NCBI GenBank assembly: GCA_964016885.1
Contig: OZ024747.1
Location: forward strand, 64,914,001 to 64,978,000
DNA length: 64,000 bases
From: Eledone cirrhosa
Lineage: Eukaryota
Direction of reading: 5' to 3'
Part shown: positions 28,051-39,585 of the stretch, one piece after another
Layout of the letters: each line of letters opens with the position of its first letter
Position numbering within the stretch: position 1 is the stretch's first letter
Position numbers and translations under genes: made by a program
Notes under the pieces: model-generated
The model's database searches: none
The model's input: only the letters and a program-made list of their open reading frames with translations
Told to the model about the DNA's origin: nothing

Positions 28051-31000
28051 GCAATAATAATAATAACGACAACAACAATAATAATATACATGTTCATATA
28101 TATATACACACACACGCACGCACATAAGCATATCTACACACACACACACACACAAACACACGATAGCAACTAACAGTGCTGCGATCGAATGTGGCTTTTT
28201 AGCCCAGCCAATGATCCAAAATGTCTTGCACAGAGTCGGCAACCAAAACATTTACTGGGAATAGTCGGCTGTGGTTGGAGTTCGTGTACTTTTGCATGTC
28301 GCTTGAGTCCTCCTGCTGATTTACATTCTCTACCACATGTTTGGCAAGCATGATGAGTAGCATCTCCAACAGCAGCCTGGTAGTCAACCACTGGTCTTAC
28401 TTTATGACTGCGAAGATGACTTTCGAGTCCAGCTTTGCTTAGGCAGAGTCTCGCACAGACGCTGCATGTCAGAAACACAGGAGGACCCTCGCCGTCTGGA
28501 AGTGCAACAGCAATACCCTTCCTCACGTCCCGCTTTACTTTCTCGTGTGCGATTCGAGATGCCTCAAAGGCAACTTTTCCCTCATATACAGTCTTTCTCC
28601 ATTTATTACGATCAGCAGCAATATTTTCCCATGTATCAGCAGAGATGTTAGCGTCTTTCAGAGAGGCCTTCAAGGAATCCTTATACCTCTTTTTTGGTTT
28701 ATGTGGCGGTCGTTTTCCTTTAACCAACACTCCATAGAAGAGTTGTTTTGGTATTCTAGAATCCTTCATCCTGGCAAGGTGACCACTCCAACGGAGTCGC
28801 TGCTTAAGCACAAGAGCTTCTATACTGTCACACATAGAGCTTTCCAAAATCTCGACATCACTGATGTGGTCCCTCCAGCGAACGCCATGTATCCGTCTGA
28901 GACACATCTGATGGAAACGCTCCAATTGCTTAAGGTGGCGTCGATATGTGACCCAGGTCTCGCAGGCATAAAGAAGACAAGAGAGTACACATGCCCTGTA
29001 CACCTTTACCTTTGTCCTCCTGCATATGTCTCGCCGACCCCAGAGTCGCCTTTCTAGCTTTCCGAAAGCATCACTTGCTTTCCTAATCCTAAGTGAGATT
29101 TCACTGTCAAGGTTGCCGTATCGATTGACAGTGCTTCCCAGGTAGACAAACTGATCAACCACTCCAAGTCGTTTGCCATACACATAGATGTTTGGTTCAG
29201 TGTACTGCCTACCAGGTGCAGGTTGGTACATGACGACGGTTTTCTTGAGACTGACAGTCAAACCCAGGGCAGTGCAAGCGTCAGAAAATACATTCAAAAT
29301 GTGCTGCATATCACTCTCTGTGTGCGCTACAAGATCGCAATCATCTGCATACAAGAGGTCTCTTATGACTGATGTAAATACTTTTGTCTTCGCAGCAAAG
29401 CGCCTGGTGTTAAATATGCTGCCTGAGGTTCGATATCGGATGTAAACACCATGCTCGCAATTCCTGAATGCAATACAGAAAACCATTGCAAAGTATATGG
29501 CAAACAGGGTCGGTGCTGGAATATCCCCCTGTTTCACTCCATTTTTTACTGAGATAGGCTCCGACATGTTACCTCCGACATTAACCCAAGCCTTCATGTC
29601 GTCATGGAAAGACCTAACTAAAGCAAGGAACTTATCAGGGCAACCAAGTTTCTGGAGAACCTTCCATAATGCATCTCTGTTGACAGTATCGAAAGCCTTT
29701 GTCAGATCGACAAAAACCTGATACAGATCCAAGCCCTGTTCAATGCACTTCTCCTGGAGCTGTCTAGCTGAGAAGATCATATCAGTAGTGCCGCGTCCAA
29801 CACGAAAACCAGATTGACTTTCAGGAAGGACACAATCTGCAATGTGTGTCAGCAGACGGTCCAGAAGCACCCTACATAAAACTTTCCCCACGACAGAAAG
29901 CAATGATATACCTCTGTAGTTCCCACAATCATTCCTGTTACCCTTTCCCTTGTACAAGACCACCATTACTGCATCTCTCCAGTCCTCAGGCACGGATTCA
30001 TTAGCCCATATCCTTCCAAACAGAGAGTGAAGACGTTGCAGGAGTCTCTCACCACCATATTGTAGGAGCTCAGCATGTATGCCATCCATACCTGGAGATC
30101 TTCCACTGTTCAGCTTCGAAATAGCCACTGCAACCTCCACAAGTGTCGGAGGCTCTGCGAGAGCTACTTTCACAGGACTTTCCGGAATGAGATTGAGGAA
30201 ATCTTCACTGACGACAGACGGCTGATTCAAAAGATCATCAAAGTGCTCCCGCCACCTTCGTAGAATTCCCTGTGAGTCACGAAGAAGTTCTTTGCCATCC
30301 TTGCTGCGAATCGGTGTCACCAGAGAAGAAGACGGTCCATAAACCTCACGCAAGAGACTGTACAACAGCTTTGTGTTATTGCAATCAGACGCAGTTTGTA
30401 TCTCACCAGCCTTCTCACTCCACCACTGATCCTTCATCTGAGAAAGACTCCGCCTAACACGTGATTTTACATCCTTGAGCTCCTCATGCAACGTATTCCT
30501 CTCCTGTGGTCTTGCCGTCAAGTAGCGTGACAGAGCGCGCCTCTTATCAGCCAACAAGTCATCTATATGCACATCTTTCTCATTAAACCAGTCCTGATGT
30601 TTTCTCTGCACCAATCCCAGAACACGTCTGCCTACATCATAAACCGACTTTTTAAGGGTCGGCCAATCCTCACCAAGATCTGCAGCCTGCATCTCTTCTT
30701 CCAATGTCCTCTTCACATTTTTATCCTTAAGACGAGCAGCATTCAATCTTTTGGGCAGGGTAACACCAGGAGCCCGGATTTTACGTTTGGTGATTAGATT
30801 CACTTTTGCGCGTACCAGGCGGTGGTCCGTCCAGCACTCAGCTCCACGAAGAACACGAACACACCGCACATCCTGTCTGTCACGCATCCTGACTAGGACG
30901 TAGTCCAAAAGATGCCATTCCTTAGATGCAGGATGCATCCATGTGGTCTTGAATTTGTTCTTTTGTTGGAACATGGTGTTGGTAACACACAGATCCAGCT

Positions 31001-31776
31001 CCTCACACATCTGCAGCAAGAGCATACCATTGCTGTTACACTTTCCCACCCCATGCCTTCCGATTACATTCCATGTGTTAAAATCCCTACCCACTCTAGC
31101 ATTAAAGTCACCAAGCACGATGACTTTGTCTGCCTGAGGGATATTTCTTAAAACACCTTTCAAGGCATGGTAAAAGGACAGTTTTTCTTCATCGACAGAA
31201 TTCATAGTTGGAGCATACACACTCACCAGGGTAGCATATCTTCCCTTGTCCAGCGGAACTCTCATGGACATAAGACGCTCACTAATCCCCACTGGGAATT
31301 CTTCCAATTTATTCACCAGTACAGTCTTAACAGCAAATCCTACCCCAGCCTCTCTTCTGGTTCCTTCATCTCTTCCTTTCCAGAAGAATGTATATTCTCC
31401 ACAAAATTCCGTAAGATGACCATCTCCAGCTAACCTCGTCTCAGACAAAGCCACGATGTCAAGATCGTAACGTCGAAGCTCCTTCGCAACAAGAGCGGTC
31501 CTTCGTTCAGGACGCTCCAAAGAATCCCTGTCAAGCAGCGTCCGTACGTTCCAGCAGCCAAGACTAAATGCCCTGTTTGGCTCTATTACAATGGCACGAT
31601 GACGGGCGGGCCCAGGTTGTGATAACTTGGGGCCCCTGCCCTTATTGCCAATGATCTTTTTTGTTCCAGAACCCAAATTGGCAATTATCTCGTTTACATT
31701 GTTCTGGAACATCATTGAATTGGAAAAAAAAAAAAAAAAAAAAGGGGAGAAAAAAAAAAAAAAAAAAGTAATAATA

Positions 31777-31811
<35 letters not shown>

Positions 31812-33128
31812 ACACTATTAATAATTATTAATGCACTCGTGCAATGCCTGTGCGTGACGAATATTTTTAAAGTGAGGAAAGACTGTGCACTGAACCAATC
31901 CCACTCTCTGAGCGACAGTAGCTATAACCCGAAAAGAAGAAAAGATCAACATCATCGGTAACTACTGAGCCGCAGGTTTTATATCGGAGTTAACCCAGTT
32001 TCCTGAGATGCCTTCTCCTAGAAGAATACCCTGACATGGGCTAGGGGTTCTTCACTCCCAGTGGTTTAACTGCGCGATCGGGCATCCAGCCCGATTATTT
32101 CTATGTCCCCGCGCAAAAAAAAAAAAAAAAAAAAAAAAAATTACTTATTGACACTTATACGTACGACATACACACACACGCATACATATGCGTGCACACA
32201 GCAACACTCACACACACAACAAACACACACACACGCTACTCTACTCACTTACACGCACACACACACATATATATATATATATTACCGTCATTACTGATAC
32301 AAGATTACCAGATTATGTCAACTGTTGACTTTCAAGAGTTTGTATAGTTGAAGCCGATCGTATTACAGTCCAGTATTACTATAATTGCTTTACAGCATAG
32401 AGTTATGGCTCTCCACGGAGTCAACAAAAGAGAGTACCAGTGATGCGCTGGCCAGTCGCTGGATCCGTGCCAAAAGCAGAAAAATTATTATTAAAGTTGT
32501 TCTTAAGGCCAGGTCGCTGGTGATGGTGATGGCGACGGCGGTGGCGGTGGTGGTGGTGGTGGCAGTTGATGTTGTTGTTCTGTTGTGTGTGTGTGTGTGT
32601 GTGTGTGTTTTGTTATTTTGAGTTTTTTTTTTTTTTTCCTTTCTTTTTTTTCTCCTTTTTTTTTTTTTCCCTTCCCTTTTCTTTTTTCTTTTCCCTTCCT
32701 TTTTTTATGTTTTGATGCCGCTGTTGTTGTTGTTGTTGTAATTGTTGTAAATGTTCATTTCAGTTCATTCTGAAGCTGTTGTTGCTGTAAACATTAGGGC
32801 CGGTGTTGTTGTTGTTGTAGATGTTGGGGTTGAAATCTGGTTGTTTGACTGAGTGATGTATATACACACATATACATACACACACATATATATATATACA
32901 TTCATCAGAGAGTAGAGAGTTTGACAACAGGTCGATGACTTTAGTCTCGATAGGGTATGGTATGGTAATGACATGTGATGGTGGGGAGAGAGTGTAGACG
33001 TTATTGTGGTGGTGTGGACAGTGAGATGTATCTAGTTCATTTGACCGTTTTCTTCTCTTAGCAAAATTTGAATTCTAGCCATGTTATATTGAGATGTAAG
33101 TAAATGTAAAATATAAATAAGGATTGCT
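27853..33128 (-). mobile_element. Full-length RTE-clade LINE (5' boundary uncertain: at least 32115, possibly 33128)
   Basis: Single intact ORF, 3' stem-loop at 27921-27956 and (TATG)n tail; RTE-type 5' UTR motif TAGCCC...TCTAGGAGAAGG at ~32010-32060; second (TACA)n run at 33129. Confidence 0.8.
28170..31715 (-). CDS. RTE LINE polyprotein: APE endonuclease + reverse transcriptase + 3 C2H2 zinc fingers (1181 aa)
   Basis: WNVRTL, LSETR, VYAPT, GDFNAR, LDYVLV, TDHRLV (APE); YRGISLLS, QSGFR, DLTKAFD, GVKQG, YADD, YLGS (RT); three CxxC-x12-H-x3/4-H motifs. Confidence 0.97.
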   Translation of the reverse strand: MMFQNNVNEIIANLGSGTKKIIGNKGRGPKLSQPGPARHRAIVIEPNRAFSLGCWNVRTLLDRDSLERPERRTALVAKELRRYDLDIVALSETRLAGDGHLTEFCGEYTFFWKGRDEGTRREAGVGFAVKTVLVNKLEEFPVGISERLMSMRVPLDKGRYATLVSVYAPTMNSVDEEKLSFYHALKGVLRNIPQADKVIVLGDFNARVGRDFNTWNVIGRHGVGKCNSNGMLLLQMCEELDLCVTNTMFQQKNKFKTTWMHPASKEWHLLDYVLVRMRDRQDVRCVRVLRGAECWTDHRLVRAKVNLITKRKIRAPGVTLPKRLNAARLKDKNVKRTLEEEMQAADLGEDWPTLKKSVYDVGRRVLGLVQRKHQDWFNEKDVHIDDLLADKRRALSRYLTARPQERNTLHEELKDVKSRVRRSLSQMKDQWWSEKAGEIQTASDCNNTKLLYSLLREVYGPSSSLVTPIRSKDGKELLRDSQGILRRWREHFDDLLNQPSVVSEDFLNLIPESPVKVALAEPPTLVEVAVAISKLNSGRSPGMDGIHAELLQYGGERLLQRLHSLFGRIWANESVPEDWRDAVMVVLYKGKGNRNDCGNYRGISLLSVVGKVLCRVLLDRLLTHIADCVLPESQSGFRVGRGTTDMIFSARQLQEKCIEQGLDLYQVFVDLTKAFDTVNRDALWKVLQKLGCPDKFLALVRSFHDDMKAWVNVGGNMSEPISVKNGVKQGDIPAPTLFAIYFAMVFCIAFRNCEHGVYIRYRTSGSIFNTRRFAAKTKVFTSVIRDLLYADDCDLVAHTESDMQHILNVFSDACTALGLTVSLKKTVVMYQPAPGRQYTEPNIYVYGKRLGVVDQFVYLGSTVNRYGNLDSEISLRIRKASDAFGKLERRLWGRRDICRRTKVKVYRACVLSCLLYACETWVTYRRHLKQLERFHQMCLRRIHGVRWRDHISDVEILESSMCDSIEALVLKQRLRWSGHLARMKDSRIPKQLFYGVLVKGKRPPHKPKKRYKDSLKASLKDANISADTWENIAADRNKWRKTVYEGKVAFEASRIAHEKVKRDVRKGIAVALPDGEGPPVFLTCSVCARLCLSKAGLESHLRSHKVRPVVDYQAAVGDATHHACQTCGRECKSAGGLKRHAKVHELQPQPTIPSKCFGCRLCARHFGSLAGLKSHIRSQHC

Positions 33129-33200
33129 CATACATACATACATACATACATACATACATACATACATACATACATACATACATACATACATACATACATA

Positions 33201-33259
<59 letters not shown>

Positions 33260-33438
33260 TTAGGCAATCACACACATATGTACATACACATGCCCACACG
33301 TACACATTCATAAAAATTTACTGATCTCTGTACACAGATGTATGCAAGCATAATATCCCAAGTATATACGCATTGGCATTTATCAAGATAAACGCAGGCT
33401 TGTATTCCTTCCTCTCGTGAAAAATACACACGTATACA

Positions 33439-33500
<62 letters not shown>

Positions 33501-33627
33501 TGTATACGTCGGAAAGTTTGTTGCGGTAAAAACAGGAGTAAGCAGGAGAAAGCTCTCAACAATCATTGTTTTTAGTTACGATGGAGAATTTTATAAAAGT
33601 AACAAAATAAGATGCTGCGGCTACATA

Positions 33628-33795
33628 AATCGTTTAATCATAATAATTCTTTCCACGGTTCTCCATGCAATCGAGATGTCCTTCATGCATTTGCTGTTGA
33701 TTATGAGAACGGTTTCTTCATAATCAACAGCAAATGCATGAAGGACATCTTGATTGCATGGAGAACCGTGGAAATAATTATATGATTAAACGATA
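33628..33795. repeat. Near-perfect ~80-bp-arm palindrome
   Basis: TTCCACGGTTCTCCATGCAATC.AGATGTCCTTCATGCATTTGCTGTTGATTATGA and its reverse complement, short spacer at ~33708-33716. Confidence 0.9.
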
Positions 33796-34611
33796 TATAG
33801 ACATTGTAGGACACCATGTTTCACTGGTAGAACCTAAAATGACTTATATATGACTAGAACTGTTTCATTCGTGTCAAATATCTACCTATATATTGTTTCT
33901 CATCTCCGGACACAAATGTATTCCTGTTTTTCAAGCGTACATAAAATATATATTCATGTATCACACCTGGCTAGCAAAATAACTTGAAGTATTATAAGAG
34001 ATTCTTACTTTTTACATATAATCTGCTGTCAAAACTGGAGATTCATACGCAATCCATCGAAACATTAACAACCAAATCTCCTTCACCATACTCTGGGGAA
34101 ACGCCTTCTCCATTTTCTTCGCCGGGGCTGCGCGGCAGCTAGCGCGTCGGCCCCCATTTTCTCATAATATTGAGAGATGGGGAGAGTGGGAGAGATTGAA
34201 GCAGTGAAAGTGTGAGTTTGGTACTTTTGTGTTCGGACCTTGTATATGTGTATATTTTTTACGGAGTCATACTCATACCGCGTCTATGCTTGAATTCTAC
34301 TTTAAAGGGATTCGATCAATCATATTGACTCCGGGACATTTTTTTTTCAATCATCTTCTTTATAAAATACTTTACAAAAATGGCCGAATCATTGAAAGCA
34401 ACTTTAAAGACATTACGCAAAATTAACTTATGTAACTGAGCTGTTATAATAATTATGGAAATGATAAATATTTAATCCCCACCCAACATATATAAATGTG
34501 TGTGTATGTGTATGTGTGCGCTTATGTGTGTGCGTGTGTGTGTTTGTGTTTGTGAATGTATAATATTTAATTAGGAACGTTATTTACTTAGACGTGAACA
34601 TAAGTGCACAT

Positions 34612-34689
<78 letters not shown>

Positions 34690-34803
34690 GTGTGTATAAT
34701 GGTAGCTATGGTGCTTCCATAGGCGGTATGCCAAAATTAGCACTCAAAATTCATACAGAACAGAGTGTGGATAGTATAAAAAGCATCTGGACTCAGTTTA
34801 TTG

Positions 34804-34894
34804 CGTATTACAAATGTTTCGCCGGCAGGTAGCTCGAGACATGATCACTGTATGGATCTGGCTGATTCTACGGCTCCAATTTCCTTCGGACACG
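34804..34894 (-). ncRNA. Family A hammerhead-like motif, second copy (element 34700-34926)
   Basis: CGTGT-CCGAAGG-(long stem II)-GAAA-CATTTG-TA-ATACG then AATAAA. Confidence 0.55.
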
Positions 34895-34922
34895 GGCAGT
34901 TCGTTCGGAGCAAATTTTCTCA

Positions 34923-34989
<67 letters not shown>

Positions 34990-35011
<22 letters not shown>

Positions 35012-35470
35012 CATCCTCAGTGTATACTGATTAATGTTCAGAGCCATCCTCAGCATTCTCGTGTAGCACCCATCCACCATCTGAGTGAGTTTCTTTGTCA
35101 GTGTCCAAGTCTCAGACCCATACAGCAGCACAGACTCCACTACAGCAATGAAGAGGCGGACTTTCAGGTCTCTACGAAGGTCCGACTTCCACACCGATCC
35201 CAAAAGTCAGCTCAAAAGTGACACAGAGGAGACTGAGGTTGGCTGGACATGCTCACCGACATCCAGAGTTGACATTGCACTCAGTGCTCCTTTGGGAGCC
35301 CCTACATGGACACACTAGAAGAGCAAGACCAAGGTTAACATATGTTGATGCCCTAAGGACAGACACTGGTCTGTTGGAGATGCAGGATATGGCAGCGATA
35401 ATGAGGGACAGAGACCGCTGGAGAGAACTCGTCCATGGATCTCGGGAATTTTACCCGCCTTAGATAGATA
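34990..35470. pseudogene. RTE/RTEX-type LINE 3' end with 5' inversion
   Basis: Minus: VWKSDL..KVRLF..VESVLLYGSETWTLT..DGCYTRMLRMALN; plus: RRLRLAGHAHRH..VLLWEP..RPRLTYVD..DRDRWR-stop then (TAGA)/(TA) tail. Confidence 0.88.
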
Positions 35471-35473
35471 TAT

Positions 35474-35545
<72 letters not shown>

Positions 35546-35678
35546 TTATATCCGTATCCTTAACCGTTGGTCAATCAATGATAAACATTGATTGCCAGAT
35601 AAACTAACTATGGAGATATAAAAGATACAGAAGCGAAATCCGATCCAAACCAAACAGTGGGTGTTTTATTATTATTTC

Positions 35679-35872
35679 TGGCGGTGGATTGGCAGTATCG
35701 GTAGCGGGTCGGATACCATGCTTTCCAGCATAGTTACATCCCTTTACGGTCTGAGTTCAAATCCCGCCGAGGTTAACTTTGCCTTTCATCCTTACGGGAT
35801 CGATAAAATAAAGTACGAGTAATGTACTGGGTAATTGCTGGCCTTGTGCCAAAAGTAGAAACAATTATTATT
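35679..35872 (+). mobile_element. SINE, major family, full length
   Basis: GGCGGTGGATTGGCAGTATCGGTAG through GAAACAATTATTATT. Confidence 0.88.
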
Positions 35873-35909
35873 CCTGGCAATATTAATATAATATGACCCT
35901 CCCCATGTA

Positions 35910-35953
<44 letters not shown>

Positions 35954-35956
<3 letters not shown>

Positions 35957-36199
35957 CTTTCACCGTATTTCTTTACTAAAGAAATTTTAGCCTGATAATG
36001 GGGTTTAGAACCCTCAGATAAATGGAAAAAGATGAGTATTGACGTATTCCCATGTACGTCAATACTCATCTTTTTCCATTTATCTGAGGGTTCTAAACCC
36101 CATTATCAGGCTAAAATTTCTTTAGTCAAAAAAATACGGTGATTGCTATTCTATTTTCTAATTTCAAACCTGCTCACTGTTTCAAAACATACTTACTTA
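35954..36199. mobile_element. Family C fold-back
   Basis: Arms meet at ATTGACGTA|TTCCCATGTACGTCAAT (~36047). Confidence 0.8.
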
Positions 36200-36385
36200 T
36201 ATATATATATATATATATATAATATGTTGAGAAGGTAACACACCAGAGAGAGATATATAGTGCGTTATCAATAATACAGGGAAAAAACCACCAGTGTATG
36301 GAATCTATAACCTATGAAAGGCATACTATAGACACGATAATTAAAAATATAAATTAAAGCGTAAATAAATACCTCTATAACTATT

Positions 36386-36468
36386 TTACACACGTACAAA
36401 TCCAGAGATATGTTTCGCCAGAGAAATTGTTGAAAAAAATGTTAGTCTCGGTTCATCAGCGTGTGTAA
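36386..36468 (-). ncRNA. Type I hammerhead ribozyme
   Basis: TTACACACG-CTGATGA-ACCGAGA..TCTCTGGC-GAAA-CATATC..GATTTG-TA-CGTGTGTAA; perfect 9-bp stem I. Confidence 0.88.
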
Positions 36469-36924
36469 GGCTATACATCTCAGACAACACTAAGAGAATT
36501 TTACAATTGACTGTCCAGCCACACGTGGGAGAGAGAAGTCACAGCGTGTTTAAGGGCAGTGAACCAGTGGCCTCTGAGAGACGAACTGCTAGAAAGGGCA
36601 GCCCAAAGCCACTCAGAGAAGAGTGCTCAACCAAACAGAGTTAGGAAAGGCTGTTGTTAGGAGCGAAATATCACGATAAATTAACGGAGGCATAGGCCGT
36701 CGTTATTCCCTGTAAATAATGTGCTCAAAGGGGAAGAGATCCTGAGCCCTTTAGAATATAATATGTTGAGAAGGTAACACACCAGAGAGAGATATATAGT
36801 GCGTTATCAATAATACAGGGAAAAAAACACCAGTGTATGGAATCTATAACCTATGAAAGGCATACTATAGACACGATAATTAAAAATATAAATTAAAGCG
36901 TAAATAAATACCTCTATAACTATA

Positions 36925-37007
36925 TTACACACGTACAAATCCAGAGATATGTTTCGCCAGAGAAATTGTTGAAAGAAATGTTAGTCTCGGTTCATCAGCG
37001 TGTGTAA
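36925..37007 (-). ncRNA. Type I hammerhead ribozyme (tandem copy)
   Basis: Same motif 539 bp from the first. Confidence 0.88.
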
Positions 37008-37205
37008 GGCTATCTAACAACAGCCTTTCCTATCTCTGTTTGGTTGAGCACTCTTCTCTGAGTGGCTTTGGGCTGCCCTTTCTAGCAGTTCGTCTCTCAG
37101 AGGCCACTGGTTCACTGCCCTTAAACACGCTGTGACTTCTCTCTCCCACGTGTGGCTGGACAGTCAATTGTAAAATTCTCTTAGTGTCGTCTGAGATGTA
37201 TAGCC

Positions 37206-37291
37206 TTACACACGCTGATGAACCGAGACTAACATTTCTTTCAACAATTTCTCTGGCGAAACATATCTCTGGATTTGTACGTGGTGTGTAA
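37206..37291 (+). ncRNA. Type I hammerhead ribozyme (inverted copy)
   Basis: Same motif with a 3-nt GTG duplication in the 3' strand of stem I. Confidence 0.85.
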
Positions 37292-37559
37292 TATAGTTAT
37301 AGAGGTATTTATTTACGCTTTAATTTATATTTTTAATTATCGTGTCTATAGTATGCCTTTCATAGGTTATAGATTCCATACACTGGTGGTTTTTTCCCTG
37401 TATTATTGATAACGCACTATATATCTCTCTCTGGTGTGTTACCTTCTCAACATATTATATTCTAAAGGGCTCAGGATCTCTTCCCCTTTGAGCACATTAT
37501 TTACAGGGAATAACGACGGCCTATGCCTCCGTTAATTTATCGTGGTATATATATATATA

Positions 37560-38158
37560 TAAGTATGTACACGTACATACATATATGTATACAGACGTAC
37601 AGTAGTATGTATATATATATACATACATGCACACATATTATAATGCTCGGTGTGTTTGTAAACAAACAACCCGTATTAAGCCGTAGTGTCTAGCAACCAT
37701 CGTTGCTCGTTTGTTCAACACTGACAAAGGAACGCTGGACTAGTTTCAAGCTTATTAGCTATCGTCAGCAACGTATACCTTCCTGTCAGATTGTTGAACG
37801 TATATACTTACCTTTATGCATATTAACGGCTGAGTAGCCTAATTTGCTTATCAAGTGGGTTAATCGGCCGGGTGCACCGAAAACGATAAACGGAAAAAAT
37901 GAAACGAAATTTCATTTCCCACTCTTAGTACGGCTGTTACTTAAATATAAGTATGTACACGTACATACATATATGTATACAGACGTACAGTAGTATGTAT
38001 ATATATATACATACATGCACACATATATATATGTACGTATGGATTCACCGAACATTTATTATAATGCTCGGTGTGTTTGTAAACAAACATCCCGTATTAA
38101 GCCGTAGTGTCCAGCAACCATCGTTGCTGGTTTGTTCAACACTGACAAAGGAACGGTG
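37560..38158 (-). mobile_element. Family B, ~1.5 tandem units
   Basis: Reverse complement of the 15440-15968 unit, permuted; partial copies also at 4490-4537 and 56325-56470. Confidence 0.85.
37732..37774 (-). ncRNA. Minimal type I hammerhead ribozyme (GUC triplet)
   Basis: ACGTTG-CTGACGA-TAGCTAATAAGCTT-GAAA-CTAG-TC-CAGCGT. Confidence 0.88.
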
Positions 38159-38944
38159 TTTCTGTATGTGTGTGTAGGCTAGAAATGGGAGAATATTGCT
38201 TGATTCTAAATCAAAAATATCCATATATCCATATATATGTACATTTATATATCCGATATATGTTATATAAAAGTCAGATATACACATGTTAACATTTCTA
38301 CGTAATATGTATACATGATTTTTTACTCAGGTCTAGAAGCTAATATATGCTATGTTATATACTGACATTTGAAAAACTCCATAGAATTGGAAGCTTTCAT
38401 ATATTTCTCTCTTTTCAAATGCAAATATATATGTAGCTTCCAATTTTTATAGACATATAGCTTTGAAAGTTTAGAAGAATTATGTTATATACATGCGTGT
38501 GGACATGTACACGCATAGATGTATACCTAAACGAAGATTATAGTGTAGTTATGTATAGTTCATGTGCTGCGAGAGTGCGCGTGCGTATGTGTGCATGCGC
38601 GTGTGTGTGTGCCTGCGTGTGTGTGTGCATGTGTACGTGTGTGGGTGGGCGTATGTGTGTATGCATATGCCTATGTGTTCCTGTATGATTTCATTTAGAT
38701 ACAAATATATTTATATATATGTAAAGGAAAAACTTTGCACACACATATTAAAACATGCAGACACACACATACATATAAATATAGGTGTTATGTGTGTGTC
38801 TGAGAGAGAGAGTGAGAGGGGGAGAGACAGTGAGGGAGAGAAAGAGGTACAGTGTTCGTGTGTGTGTGTATATTATAGTCGTAAAGCTACGTGAATGACT
38901 CAAGGGATCTGAGTATTTCACGCACGACACTCAAGTATATATAC

Positions 38945-39035
<91 letters not shown>

Positions 39036-39057
39036 CACATATATATATATACACATA

Positions 39058-39109
<52 letters not shown>

Positions 39110-39110
39110 A

Positions 39111-39248
<138 letters not shown>

Positions 39249-39522
39249 TAATATATATATTAATATATATATATAATATATATATATATGTATATATATA
39301 TGTGTGAGTGTATATATATGTGTGTGTGTGTATGTATATATGTATATATATATATATATATGTATTTATGTGTGTGTGTGTGTGTGTGGGCGTGTGTACA
39401 TGTGTGCGCCTTAATATCAATATGTGTAAAGTCACAAGTATATGCAATGTAATAAAAACAAATGAACGATAAATAATATCCAACTTAAAAGTTCTATAAA
39501 CGCATCAAATGGAATGTATATA

Positions 39523-39585
<63 letters not shown>

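Larger units (their letters stand above)
36221..37545. mobile_element. Young retrozyme-like family U: 539-bp unit x1.47 (minus) plus an inverted, differently permuted unit (plus)
   Basis: 36222 recurs at 36761; 37013-37545 is the reverse complement of one nearly complete circuit; three HHRs; (TA)n flanks. Confidence 0.9.

Noticed and set aside
28199-31821. Short ORFs overlapping the RTE ORF on other frames or strand
   Set aside because: Shadow ORFs of a long coding region with no recognisable motifs.
31990-32115. HDV-like ribozyme in the RTE 5' UTR
   Set aside because: The region is structured, but the nested double pseudoknot could not be built by eye.
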